Made by a program: the position numbers and the translations under genes
Shown: positions 33,542 to 43,432 of the stretch, piece after piece
How the letters are laid out: each line of letters opens with the position of its first letter
Position numbering within the stretch: the stretch's first letter is position 1
Assembly: GCA_022790975.1 (NCBI GenBank)
Contig: JAAVYF010000026.1
Span: 4,484 to 68,483 of the forward strand
DNA from: Clostridia bacterium
GTDB lineage: Bacteria; Bacillota; Clostridia; TANB77; CAG-508
Direction: 5' to 3'
DNA: 64,000 nucleotides
The notes under the pieces: generated by a model
Databases searched by the model: none
What the model was told of the DNA's origin: nothing
What the model saw: only the letters and a program-made list of their open reading frames with translations

Positions 33542-34762
33542 TTATCTTTCAATATCAGGAAATCTCAAAATTTTATCTTCATTATTTAATAACAATGATT
33601 CTTTTTGATTTTCAGTTTTCATTATTAAGTTATTCTTAGCATAATATTGAGATACTTTATCAATTTCATCTTCTTTAAATTTATTTAAAACTGATGTATA
33701 AGTATTTAATGTTACTTTTATATCTTTATGTCCCATTAATCTTTGAAGAACAACAGGAGGCATACCGGCTTCAATACATCTTGTCCCATAAGTATGTCTT
33801 AAAACATGAGTTGCTAAATCGGGTTTAAATATATTTAGATTACTACAAATTCTCTTGAATATCGCATTTGCTCCACAATGATTTAGTGGGTGATTTTTAT
33901 AAAATAACAAATTATAATCATTTTTATCAGCTTTAGGTAATTGCTCTTTTATATATGGAAGTAAAAAATCAGGGATAGGTAAATCCCTGATTCCAGCTTC
34001 ATTTTTTGTTTTATCTCCTATAATTGTATATCCATATTTATCAGTTGTCATAGTTTTATTTATATGTAGAATATTTTTATCTAAATCAAAATCACTTTTC
34101 TTTAAAGATAAAGCTTCACTAATTCTTAATCCCATATACATTTGTATTAAAAATACGTTTTTTAAAGGTTCTTTTTCTAATGATACACTCATAAGATAAG
34201 AACTTAATTTTTGTTGTTCATCAACAGTTAAAGATTCGATTACTTTAGCACTTTTTTTACTTCTTGGCTTTATTACTAAATCACATGGATTATCATCTAT
34301 AAATTTTCTCTTGTATGCTAAATCCATATTTTTTTCTATTAATTGATATGTGTGATCTCTAATTGAAGCACTATAATTATCATTCAAGAAATTTAAGAAA
34401 TTTTGAATATCTTTATAAGTTATATCTTGAATATTTTTATTTCCTAGACCATATTTTTCAATTCTTTTTATATCATAATCTAGTTTATGATATTGAGCTT
34501 CTCCAATAATGTTTGCATTAAATTTATCTTCACGCATTAACTTTATTAAATCTACTAAACTTAAACCAACATCTTGAATAGTTTTGGAATTATCCATTTC
34601 ATATCTTTGTTCTGCAAGTTTGCTATATGCTTCTTCTTTACTTTTACATGAAAAAGATTTTTTGGATTTTGTACCATTATCATTAATTATTCTAAATTGG
34701 GCAACCCATTTACCATTTCTTTTATCTTGATAAACAGAACCTTGTCCTATCATTTTAGGCAT
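33542..34762 (-). CDS. Tyrosine recombinase/integrase
   Basis: N-terminal GQGSVYQ..GKWVAQ arm domain; GLRISE, HVLRHTYGTR, MGHKDIKVTLNTY. Confidence 0.95.
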   Translation of the reverse strand: MPKMIGQGSVYQDKRNGKWVAQFRIINDNGTKSKKSFSCKSKEEAYSKLAEQRYEMDNSKTIQDVGLSLVDLIKLMREDKFNANIIGEAQYHKLDYDIKRIEKYGLGNKNIQDITYKDIQNFLNFLNDNYSASIRDHTYQLIEKNMDLAYKRKFIDDNPCDLVIKPRSKKSAKVIESLTVDEQQKLSSYLMSVSLEKEPLKNVFLIQMYMGLRISEALSLKKSDFDLDKNILHINKTMTTDKYGYTIIGDKTKNEAGIRDLPIPDFLLPYIKEQLPKADKNDYNLLFYKNHPLNHCGANAIFKRICSNLNIFKPDLATHVLRHTYGTRCIEAGMPPVVLQRLMGHKDIKVTLNTYTSVLNKFKEDEIDKVSQYYAKNNLIMKTENQKESLLLNNEDKILRFPDIER

Positions 34763-35027
34763 TAGAACCACCTCCAAGATTACTGTTTATTGTTAAATTT
34801 TTATTGTACTTTTCATATTTCCATACATAATAAGAAAGAACCATAACAACTTTTGTTTTTCCAACTGTTACAGAGGGGAAATCTTTTTCATTAAATAATT
34901 CGTAAGCTCGAGTCATTCCAATTTTTAAATCTTTTGCAACATCATAAACTGTCATATTGGAAAATGCATCTCTATGTGATTTTGATATATAATGCATAAT
35001 TAATTTAATTTTTAATTCTTCATTCAT
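34755..35027 (-). CDS. Excisionase-like HTH protein
   Basis: MTVYDVAKDLKIGMTRAYEL...FPSVTVG; overlaps integrase start. Confidence 0.75.
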   Translation of the reverse strand: MNEELKIKLIMHYISKSHRDAFSNMTVYDVAKDLKIGMTRAYELFNEKDFPSVTVGKTKVVMVLSYYVWKYEKYNKNLTINSNLGGGSNA

Positions 35028-35105
35028 TTTTTACCTCACTATTTATAAATTTTTTTTTGTATAAAAAAGAGGCTACTGTTAATAGCCTCAATAGTTTAAA
35101 TTTAT

Positions 35106-35447
35106 TTATTTTTCATAATCTTCTAAATATCTTTTCTTTATATGTTCAACTGATTCAAATATACAGTTTTCTAAATCTGTACTAAATGGAGAATCATATT
35201 TAAGCCATTCATCATAAATTACATTTAAAATATCTTTTGTATTGTAGAGTGATTCTAAATCGTTGATACTTAATTGTGTAGATATTTCTAAAATAAAGTT
35301 TTTGATTTCTTCTTTAATAGTTGTTTGATATGAATTCTCTAGAATCTCATTTTTAGTATCATTTAAAAGTTCATTTTTATAATTTTTAAGTTCTGCATTT
35401 AATTTATTTTCTAATTTAGGTTGAATTTCTTTTTTACTTTTATTCAT
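35106..35447 (-). CDS. DUF3848-like protein
   Basis: ELKNYKNELL...EILENSYQTTIKEEI...LNVIYDEWLK; family recalled, not searched. Confidence 0.5.
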   Translation of the reverse strand: MNKSKKEIQPKLENKLNAELKNYKNELLNDTKNEILENSYQTTIKEEIKNFILEISTQLSINDLESLYNTKDILNVIYDEWLKYDSPFSTDLENCIFESVEHIKKRYLEDYEK

Positions 35448-35459
35448 ATAAACACCACC

Positions 35460-35960
35460 TTAAGATTCAAAATCTTTCTCGTTATAATCTTCTGCAAGAT
35501 GTTCGTTAGAATCATTATCTAATTTTGTTAAAAATTCGTTTTTGTAATCATTAATAAAATCTAATAGTTCTTTTTTAGGTGTTGCCATTATTATATAATG
35601 ATTATCAGGAGAGTATTCCTCTAATTCTTTTTTAGAATATTTAAGTGATTTTTCATTTATTATTGGAGTTACATTTTTTATTTGTTCATCAGTTAATGAC
35701 TTAAAATCAGCATTTTCAAAATCATTGCCAACAACAAAGTAATCTCCTGCGATATAGTCTATATCAAATATAGTATTTGGTGGTAAATCTAAAAGTTTTC
35801 CTTCTTCATTACATACAATTAAAGTATCATCTGTAAAATCAATAATTTCAATTAAACCTCCAACAAGTTTTTGTTTTGCTTTTAAAGTATTATCTATAAA
35901 TTTAATTTCAGCTTCATAACCAACTTTTTTTAATAATATTTTTAATTTTTCTTTTTTCAT
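35460..35960 (-). CDS. DUF3846-like protein
   Basis: NTLKAKQKLVGGLIE...CNEEGKLLDLPPN...IAGDYFVVG...SLTDEQI. Confidence 0.7.
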   Translation of the reverse strand: MKKEKLKILLKKVGYEAEIKFIDNTLKAKQKLVGGLIEIIDFTDDTLIVCNEEGKLLDLPPNTIFDIDYIAGDYFVVGNDFENADFKSLTDEQIKNVTPIINEKSLKYSKKELEEYSPDNHYIIMATPKKELLDFINDYKNEFLTKLDNDSNEHLAEDYNEKDFES

Positions 35961-35972
35961 TTTTTGCTCCTT

Positions 35973-37001
35973 TTAATTTTTTTCTAAAATAGTTTTGTTA
36001 GAATCACTAGGAAGTACAGTTGAATTATTTTGTTCTTCAACATATATATTTTCTTTATCTGTAACTTTAGTTTTGATTCTTAATTTTTCAAAAATATCTT
36101 GTGTAACATCTGTATTATCTTTAGCGAGTAATTTTATTTTGTCGCCCACAGTGTTATAGGCAATGCAGTCTGTAATATAGCTATTGTGCTTTAATTCACA
36201 AGCTTTTAAAAATACTTTTTTACTTGTAGTAGTAATATAGGCTTTTGTAGAGCCAGTTAATAATGCTTGATTTTTAATATAGCCACCAAGTTGCTCATAA
36301 TTCATATTCATAAAACAATTAGGTAATTCTTGAATAAGTCTAATTTTATTGTTACAACTACAAAGAATAAGCATAGAGTAATTTTCGGAATGCTTAACAT
36401 CATACATGAGCCTTGCTAAATCATTTCTGCTATTGATTTTATAGTCCATAATAGGATTTCTTTTACATTCTCTATCAACAGTAATCTTTGTTTCTGAAGT
36501 AATTGGAATGCTATCACATACATTAATTTTTCCATTTTGAATATCTATCCAAGAAAATGTGCCATGGTCTACAATAACATGACCTAGAAAACCATTAACA
36601 GAGTTAGCTAATTGCTTTGTAAGTTGAATGTCAGGTTGTGAGGCTTTTGCATTTCCACTTGGGTGATTATGCATTAAATAATAGCCATTTGCTCCTAGTC
36701 TAAACATACGATTAATAATTTCAATGCAACCTCTAGTAAAATCTTGAGAATTCATGCCATTAGTTCTGTAATTAAATACATTGCACACATTGGGAATTCT
36801 TGAAGTAGTAGATTCATAACCTACAATTTTGTTATCACACATATAGATAATTCTAAACGTTTCATAAACAGGATTTCTAAAGGTGTAAGCAACTTTTACT
36901 AGGTCTGTTGAATTATTAATTTCAATATTCCTTAAATCAATATATTTTTTAGGAACAGGAAGCTTTGAGATAGCACAGAATAATTCATTAGTTTTATTCA
37001 T
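35973..37001 (-). CDS. JAB/RadC-like metalloprotein with possible degenerate second domain
   Basis: E...HNHPSGNAKASQPD JAMM motif, GHVIVD. Confidence 0.75.
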   Translation of the reverse strand: MNKTNELFCAISKLPVPKKYIDLRNIEINNSTDLVKVAYTFRNPVYETFRIIYMCDNKIVGYESTTSRIPNVCNVFNYRTNGMNSQDFTRGCIEIINRMFRLGANGYYLMHNHPSGNAKASQPDIQLTKQLANSVNGFLGHVIVDHGTFSWIDIQNGKINVCDSIPITSETKITVDRECKRNPIMDYKINSRNDLARLMYDVKHSENYSMLILCSCNNKIRLIQELPNCFMNMNYEQLGGYIKNQALLTGSTKAYITTTSKKVFLKACELKHNSYITDCIAYNTVGDKIKLLAKDNTDVTQDIFEKLRIKTKVTDKENIYVEEQNNSTVLPSDSNKTILEKN

Positions 37002-37005
37002 TGTC

Positions 37006-37410
37006 TTAAGCCCCCTTTATCATATTAAAGAATAAGTAATCGATAATATCTTCTTCAAGTTCTTTAACATCAATAATTTCTAATCTTTTCTGAATTTCTT
37101 TCTTTGGTAATTTTTTTATATAATTCCATAATATGAAATTATAGTATTGAATATCTTGTGTAACTTTTAGAGAATATAAGTACTTATCTAATTGTGTTTT
37201 ATAAAATTTAATCTCTTGTAATTTTGAATCTTCTTCCATAGAAATAACTTGATTCTCGATAGTATTTATGTTTTGCTTGAATTGTCTTAAAGAAGGAGCA
37301 TATAAAATATGATTAAGCTCTCTTTCTTTTATTTTTGAATTTAAGTTTTGATATTCGTTTAAGTAATATCTAATTTTTGCTTTTGTAATTAAAAATTTTT
37401 TTGAATACAT
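37006..37410 (-). CDS. Phage-type transcriptional regulator (DUF722/ArpU-like)
   Basis: YQNLNSKIKERE...IENQVISMEEDSKLQEIK pattern; heads the leftward operon. Confidence 0.4.
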   Translation of the reverse strand: MYSKKFLITKAKIRYYLNEYQNLNSKIKERELNHILYAPSLRQFKQNINTIENQVISMEEDSKLQEIKFYKTQLDKYLYSLKVTQDIQYYNFILWNYIKKLPKKEIQKRLEIIDVKELEEDIIDYLFFNMIKGA

Positions 37411-37622
37411 TTAAACCACCTCTAAATTTAGTGATTTCCGGAAATCTGTATTGCTTAAGCTTGATTTCAGTTTAGCATAAATATTTTGAAATAAATGAAT
37501 TGTAGATTAAAGTAGTTAAATATGGATTATAATGAACAAAAATATGTTCGTAATTAAGAAAATAAAAAAGAAGTAAAATAGTTTTTGCTATTTTACTTCT
37601 AAAATATAGTTATTATATAAAA

Positions 37623-38342
37623 TTAATTTTCAAAATCATCTTTTACTGTACTATCAATATATAAAATATTATTTTCGTTTAAAGTGTTTTTCTCTAAATC
37701 TGTTATTTTTAATTCTTTAAGCATTTCATCATGAAAATCTAGGTCGATTTTTGAAACTATGCATTTTCTAATAGAAGGAGTATAATTTCCATTTGTACAG
37801 CTTAAAGTTCCAAAGAATTTATCTCTTGAAGAATCAAAGATATTTAATATTATTTGAGTTACTTCAAGCCTTGGATTATTAGGTTTATAATTTTCTAAAA
37901 TAAATACGGCAATAGTTTCATCAGAGTAAATATGACCTGATAAATATATTTTATTAGTTTTATAATCTACTAAATCAGCAATACAAGTATCATATTTTTC
38001 ATGAAGAATAAGTTTAAATTTTCCTTTTCCATATCTTTTTTGAGAAGGAAAATAAGCATTATAGTAAATATATAAAGTGTTTGTTTTAAAAGGATTTTTT
38101 GAACGTTCTTTATTTATAATTTTATTATTAGAACTATCAAATAAATCATTAGGGCATATACCTAATACTTCACATATTATTGAAATTTGTTCTGGGTTTG
38201 GAAATACTTCACCGTTTTCATATCTTGTAATAGCAGAACGAGTAACACATAAAATATCAGCAAGATTTTCTTGACTTAATCCTTTATCTTTTCTTGCTTT
38301 TTTTATATTATTTCCAAATTCTTTTTTATCAAATTTAGTCAT
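37623..38342 (-). CDS. XRE-family regulator with C-terminal extension
   Basis: FGNNIKKARKDKGLSQENLA...ITRYENGEVFP. Confidence 0.88.
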   Translation of the reverse strand: MTKFDKKEFGNNIKKARKDKGLSQENLADILCVTRSAITRYENGEVFPNPEQISIICEVLGICPNDLFDSSNNKIINKERSKNPFKTNTLYIYYNAYFPSQKRYGKGKFKLILHEKYDTCIADLVDYKTNKIYLSGHIYSDETIAVFILENYKPNNPRLEVTQIILNIFDSSRDKFFGTLSCTNGNYTPSIRKCIVSKIDLDFHDEMLKELKITDLEKNTLNENNILYIDSTVKDDFEN

Positions 38343-38476
38343 AGAATAAATCCTTTCCTATAAACTCTAATTATATTATAACATTTTAATAGTGAAATTT
38401 CAAATTTCCTTTAAGTATCAAGCACTTTAGAGTTTACTTAATTGATAAAATTAGTAAATTATGGTATAATATATGT

Positions 38477-38956
38477 ATATCTAGTACATAGAGTGGCTCT
38501 TAATACCTTAATTATTAATCTATTCCACAAGCATTGCTTGATGATCGATAAGTGATTCAGGCATTGCGAGTGCCTGGATTTTTAATACAAGAATTCATTA
38601 GTTGATTTCTTCGTATTCACTTACTATATCGATTATTTACTATATAGAGTTTAAGTACGGAGAAAAAAACGATGAACAAAGTATTTTTTAGTCCTGGTGG
38701 GTGTCCTGGAGGATTACCTATTATATATTAATGTATACCAGTTTTTATAGCCACTCGGAGCTATATTTAGGGGGAAGAAATTTCCCCTAGTTCTAAAAAA
38801 TAATTGTTTTTTATATAGATTTGTTTTATAATTAATTTAATAATTATCTGAACTACTCGCAATAGTTCAGTTTAATTAATACATTATGAATTAAGGCATA
38901 ATGTGTGAAACGTGGGAAAAGTTTTTAGTTCATCGTTAACTGCCCACGTTTTTTTA
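38477..38956 (+). ncRNA. Candidate large structured non-coding RNA
   Basis: Promoter TTGATA-17-TATAAT (38442-38470), no long ORF, at least 8 stems including long-range pairs, final stem followed by a T-run. Confidence 0.55.
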
Positions 38957-39149
38957 TGTGCATAAATTTCACAATTTTGTGATTTTAGTAAAAATTGTAT
39001 AGAAAATATATAAAAACAATAGTATTTTCGGAAGAAATACTACTGTTTTGTAGCATAATATGCACATTTTGTTGAAAATAATGCACATAGTATGTTTTTG
39101 AATTATGTAAATTGAATTGCTATACTATACTTGTAAGGAGGTAGTATCA

Positions 39150-39548
39150 ATGATAACTGAATATGATATTTCTACTAAAGATAAAGAAGTGTCATATATT
39201 GAGTTCGTTGATATGATACTAGATAGATTAGGATTTAGAAGAAATAATGTAGGAACAAGATTTTTAAGAGAATTTGTAATTTATCTATATAAGAAGAATC
39301 CATTTGAAATTATAATAAATAATGAAATAGAAGAATTTTTAACAGAAAGAAATATAAAAAATTTGACTATTATCAATTTTATTAAAAGAATAAATTATGC
39401 AATTAAATATGCAGATACTACAAAAATGAAAGAGAATTTTTTCAATGTATTTCATACTCAATTTGATTATTATTATTTAACACCAAAAACGTTTATTATT
39501 TTGATGTTGAATGTATTAGAAAAAGTGGTATCAATCAATAATTTGTAA
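39150..39548 (+). CDS. Stand-alone Spo0A C-terminal-like DNA-binding protein
   Basis: LGFRRNNVGTRFLRE...IKRINYAI...TPKTFI resembles the Spo0A effector domain; AAGGAGG RBS. Confidence 0.5.
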   Translation: MITEYDISTKDKEVSYIEFVDMILDRLGFRRNNVGTRFLREFVIYLYKKNPFEIIINNEIEEFLTERNIKNLTIINFIKRINYAIKYADTTKMKENFFNVFHTQFDYYYLTPKTFIILMLNVLEKVVSINNL

Positions 39549-39699
39549 TTAAAAGTTATTCAAATAAATAATAATAATTAATTCAAAATTGTATAGTATT
39601 TTGATATATTGTTATTTTTTATTAAAAAATTAAGTCAAACACTTGAAATCTAATAAACATCTCTGTATAATATTGGCGAAAAAAAAAAGAGGTATTATT

Positions 39700-40524
39700 A
39701 TGTTAAGATTAAGAGGAAAAATAGCAATTATATTAATTCTAATTTTGTGTTATGTGATTTTTTACTTTAATATATTGGGGACAAGAACAATCAAAGAAGA
39801 AGTAGTAGAAAATGGAAAGGTTACATATGAATTTGAAGAGGAAGATGTAATCAAATATATTGATAAAAAAGAAGAAGAAAGCAAAAAATCTCAAAATGTA
39901 CAATTTAAAGTAACTATATATATTACTATGTTTTCAATATTTACCTCTGCAATAATTTCAATACTTTCTCTTATTGTTCAATGTAAAGAAAATAAAAAAG
40001 AAAATTGTTATAAGATTATGGAAATATTACCTGAAACCATAGAAAAAATGAATATTATTATAACAATTTTGTTAAAAGATAATAGGTATAAAAATATAAT
40101 AGATACAATTGATTCTAAAACATTAAGTGAATTCAATATAAAAGAAATACAAGAGATATTTGAACATGATAATAAAGGAAAACCAAATATATTTAATCAA
40201 ATCGAAAAAATAATTTGTTACTCAAAGACACAAGACAGGTATGAGAAATATTTAAAAGAAAATTATAGAGAAGAAAAATATAAAGAAATATTTCCCAAAA
40301 AGTATACAAAATTAATCGAGGATACTTTGGATAAAATGAATTTTTTATGTGAAATAATAATAATAAACGACTCTAAATTCATATATGAGCAATACAATAC
40401 TATTATTTTAGATTCAATTTGTAAGTTGTCAATTATAATAGCTAAAGATAATAAGAATATAATTAATAAAAAATATATAAAGATAATTAAATTATATAAT
40501 AAATGGAATAAAAAGGAAAAATAG
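39700..40524 (+). CDS. Hypothetical membrane protein
   Basis: Two hydrophobic segments followed by a helical domain. Confidence 0.55.
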   Translation: MLRLRGKIAIILILILCYVIFYFNILGTRTIKEEVVENGKVTYEFEEEDVIKYIDKKEEESKKSQNVQFKVTIYITMFSIFTSAIISILSLIVQCKENKKENCYKIMEILPETIEKMNIIITILLKDNRYKNIIDTIDSKTLSEFNIKEIQEIFEHDNKGKPNIFNQIEKIICYSKTQDRYEKYLKENYREEKYKEIFPKKYTKLIEDTLDKMNFLCEIIIINDSKFIYEQYNTIILDSICKLSIIIAKDNKNIINKKYIKIIKLYNKWNKKEK

Positions 40525-40656
40525 ATATATATGCATAATTTAAAAATATTATACCATAATAATTAATTAACTGTATTACTATAAAATTTTTTTGAAACAT
40601 TCACAAATACAAATATATTTGCTATAATAGTTAAAGATAAAAGAGAAAGTAGGTAT

Positions 40657-41199
40657 ATGAAAATGAGAAAGAAAATTTTAAGAGCAATAAGTTTAATACT
40701 TTTAGTTATTATGTTATTTGTTTTAACAGGTTGCAGTAATGATAATACTAATAAAGAGGAGGTAAACAATGTTACTATTGAGCAAAATGAAGAACTTCAA
40801 GTAGAAAATCTTACTTTAGAAAAATTCAAAGAAGTAATGAAAAAAAGAAATCTGAATGTTGTAGATAGAGGAACAAATAGTCAATATGATCACTATCAAG
40901 TACAAGATTCTAATAATTCAACTTATTATGAGTTAAGTGTTTTCAAAGATGATGAAACAGCTTTGAGCTGGTGGAATAATTCTCCCAAAAAAATGTATTA
41001 TGTAGAAGAAGAGATTTTAGAAGTGCTTAAGAATGAAGAAAAAGAAAATTTCAATAAGTATGAAATAGTTATGAAAAATGGAACTATTTATATAGACTAT
41101 CGCGAAAATAACTATTTCTTAAGAGCTACAATACAAAATGATACACCAGAAAATGGACAAAACATTGCTGAGGAAATTTTTAGTGAATTAGGTTTTTAA
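40657..41199 (+). CDS. Lipoprotein
   Basis: Lipobox LTGC. Confidence 0.75.
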   Translation: MKMRKKILRAISLILLVIMLFVLTGCSNDNTNKEEVNNVTIEQNEELQVENLTLEKFKEVMKKRNLNVVDRGTNSQYDHYQVQDSNNSTYYELSVFKDDETALSWWNNSPKKMYYVEEEILEVLKNEEKENFNKYEIVMKNGTIYIDYRENNYFLRATIQNDTPENGQNIAEEIFSELGF

Positions 41200-41225
41200 A
41201 TTTCATAAATATTTAAGGAGAAAAA

Positions 41226-42236
41226 ATGAAAAAGGGAATTTTAGTAGAAATAAGTGTGATACTTTTAATGTTTAGCCTATTTGTATTAACAGGATGTTCA
41301 AATAAAGAAATCGGAGGAACAACTACAAAATCTAATAACCAAAAACTATCAGATATAGTAAAAGTAGGTGATTATGTAGAGTATAAAACAGAAGTTGGAA
41401 ATACATATATATCTAAAGCCGATAAAACTGGAATTGATAAAGAACAAATATTTGAAACAACAGGTGAAGAAAAATGGAGAGTATTAAGTATTGAAGATGA
41501 TGGAAACGTAAATTTAGTTAGTGTAGAAGGTATAGTAACCAAATTTGAAAAAGAATATTCATTATATGGAGAAAATGGATTTACAAACGGTGTAGAAGAA
41601 CTTAATAATATTTCAAAAATTTTTGCAACAGGAGAAAATGCTATATTTGGAAGAAGTATGAATCTATCTGATGTTATTAATCTTATAGGAATTGATAAAA
41701 TAGCAAAAGTATATGAAAATGAAAATGAAGTAGATTTATCTGCATATAGTGGAGAAGAAAAACTTAAACAAGCATATAAACTTATGAATGAAGAATATGG
41801 AAACACATATACATTTGAAAGTCAAACAAAAACTGTTAATTCAGCATTTAATATAAATTCATCAATGAATGCATTTGGAATTGATAAAATAACAGACGAT
41901 AAAACTACAATAGATTTATTACTTACTTCAAATGGAAAAACTGGAGAAAATATTTGGTTAGCAGATGAAATTGTAGATGTAGGAAAAATAGGAAGAGAAG
42001 CTAGTTATTTTAACTGTGGTCTTGCTACATATGATGTAACTAAACGAACACAGTATACTGGATATACAGGAGAAAACATATCAAGTTCTATTGGATTTGA
42101 AACATTATATTACATTAATTATAATCAAAGAAGTTCATATCCTGATAATTTTATTAGAGTAGTTGTTACATTAGATAAAAACACTAAAGTTTCAGGTGGT
42201 ACTGGAACAAGTGAACAACCATATACTTTAAAATAA
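41226..42236 (+). CDS. Lipoprotein
   Basis: Lipobox LTGC; VGDYVEY..KWRVL..GTGTSEQPY. Confidence 0.75.
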   Translation: MKKGILVEISVILLMFSLFVLTGCSNKEIGGTTTKSNNQKLSDIVKVGDYVEYKTEVGNTYISKADKTGIDKEQIFETTGEEKWRVLSIEDDGNVNLVSVEGIVTKFEKEYSLYGENGFTNGVEELNNISKIFATGENAIFGRSMNLSDVINLIGIDKIAKVYENENEVDLSAYSGEEKLKQAYKLMNEEYGNTYTFESQTKTVNSAFNINSSMNAFGIDKITDDKTTIDLLLTSNGKTGENIWLADEIVDVGKIGREASYFNCGLATYDVTKRTQYTGYTGENISSSIGFETLYYINYNQRSSYPDNFIRVVVTLDKNTKVSGGTGTSEQPYTLK

Positions 42237-42274
42237 GTGAATGAAATTGATTTTAAATATAGAAGGAAATAAAA

Positions 42275-43357
42275 ATGAAAAATAAAAATTTTATTTTGTA
42301 TATGATATTTTATTTAGTAAATATTATATTTGGTGCTTTAAGTTCTTTTTTGTCTTTTCTAGTACCTGTTAATATAATTCAAGAAACAGACAATGGAGAA
42401 AACTATTTTATGATACTAGTTTTAGGAATATTATTAGTATATTGTTATTTATACTCGTATTTAAAAGAATTGATAAGATATTTTATAAGTAAGAAATATA
42501 AGATAGATTACAAATCTGATAAGATTGCTAGTTTTCTTTTTGTTATATCTTCAGGAATTCTATTATATTTAATTAGTCAATATAGAGGTATTGAAGAAAC
42601 AGGAGAAGTATTAAGTGTAGCAATAAGTATAATTATATTAGGAGTTTTAATTGTAAAGTGCAATATTATTGAAAAAAGTATGTTTTTTGATTTACTTTTA
42701 GAACAACAGAAAATAAAAGAGAATTTAAAAAGTGAAAAGAAACATCAATTACAAAGTGTAATAATTGGTGGTATATGTGGCATTTTTTCTGCTATAACTT
42801 TGTTGAGTATATATTTAGTTTGTATAAAGAATAAAAATGTACCTATAGTAATATTTATAATTGGAACAATTATTTTATTATGTGTTTATGATTACATCTA
42901 TAATAGAATTAATGATAAATATTATAAAAAAAATCTTAATAAAAAAATTAGAAATTATTGGATATTAAAAGATTTTGGAGTTTATTCATTTAAATTATTT
43001 TCGACTATATCTTATTTATTCATTTTAATTTTAGTAGTAGAAATACCAATTTTTATAAGTATTATTATTGTTTGGATTGCTAAAGTTATAAATGGATTTA
43101 GATTGGAAAAAGGATATGATTTAGATTTAAAATCATATGGAAGTTATAAATTTCCTTCATACAATGAAAAAAATAATGATAATGAGAAAGATACTGATTT
43201 GAATTTTAGCACATCATATATAACAGATAGATTTGGAAATGTTATAGGAAAAACAGAAACAACAAGCTATAATAGTAAATATGGTAATTTTGAGACGACA
43301 GTATATAAAGATAATTTAGGTCGTACAACTGGAAAAAAAGAAACAAATAAATATTAA
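42275..43357 (+). CDS. Polytopic membrane protein
   Basis: Multiple hydrophobic helices and a soluble C-terminal tail. Confidence 0.65.
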   Translation: MKNKNFILYMIFYLVNIIFGALSSFLSFLVPVNIIQETDNGENYFMILVLGILLVYCYLYSYLKELIRYFISKKYKIDYKSDKIASFLFVISSGILLYLISQYRGIEETGEVLSVAISIIILGVLIVKCNIIEKSMFFDLLLEQQKIKENLKSEKKHQLQSVIIGGICGIFSAITLLSIYLVCIKNKNVPIVIFIIGTIILLCVYDYIYNRINDKYYKKNLNKKIRNYWILKDFGVYSFKLFSTISYLFILILVVEIPIFISIIIVWIAKVINGFRLEKGYDLDLKSYGSYKFPSYNEKNNDNEKDTDLNFSTSYITDRFGNVIGKTETTSYNSKYGNFETTVYKDNLGRTTGKKETNKY

Positions 43358-43432
43358 AAATAAAGCTAGATTATACAATTTTATTATTTAAGTATAATTA
43401 GTTAGCTTTTAAATTAATGTGAGAGCAGAAAT

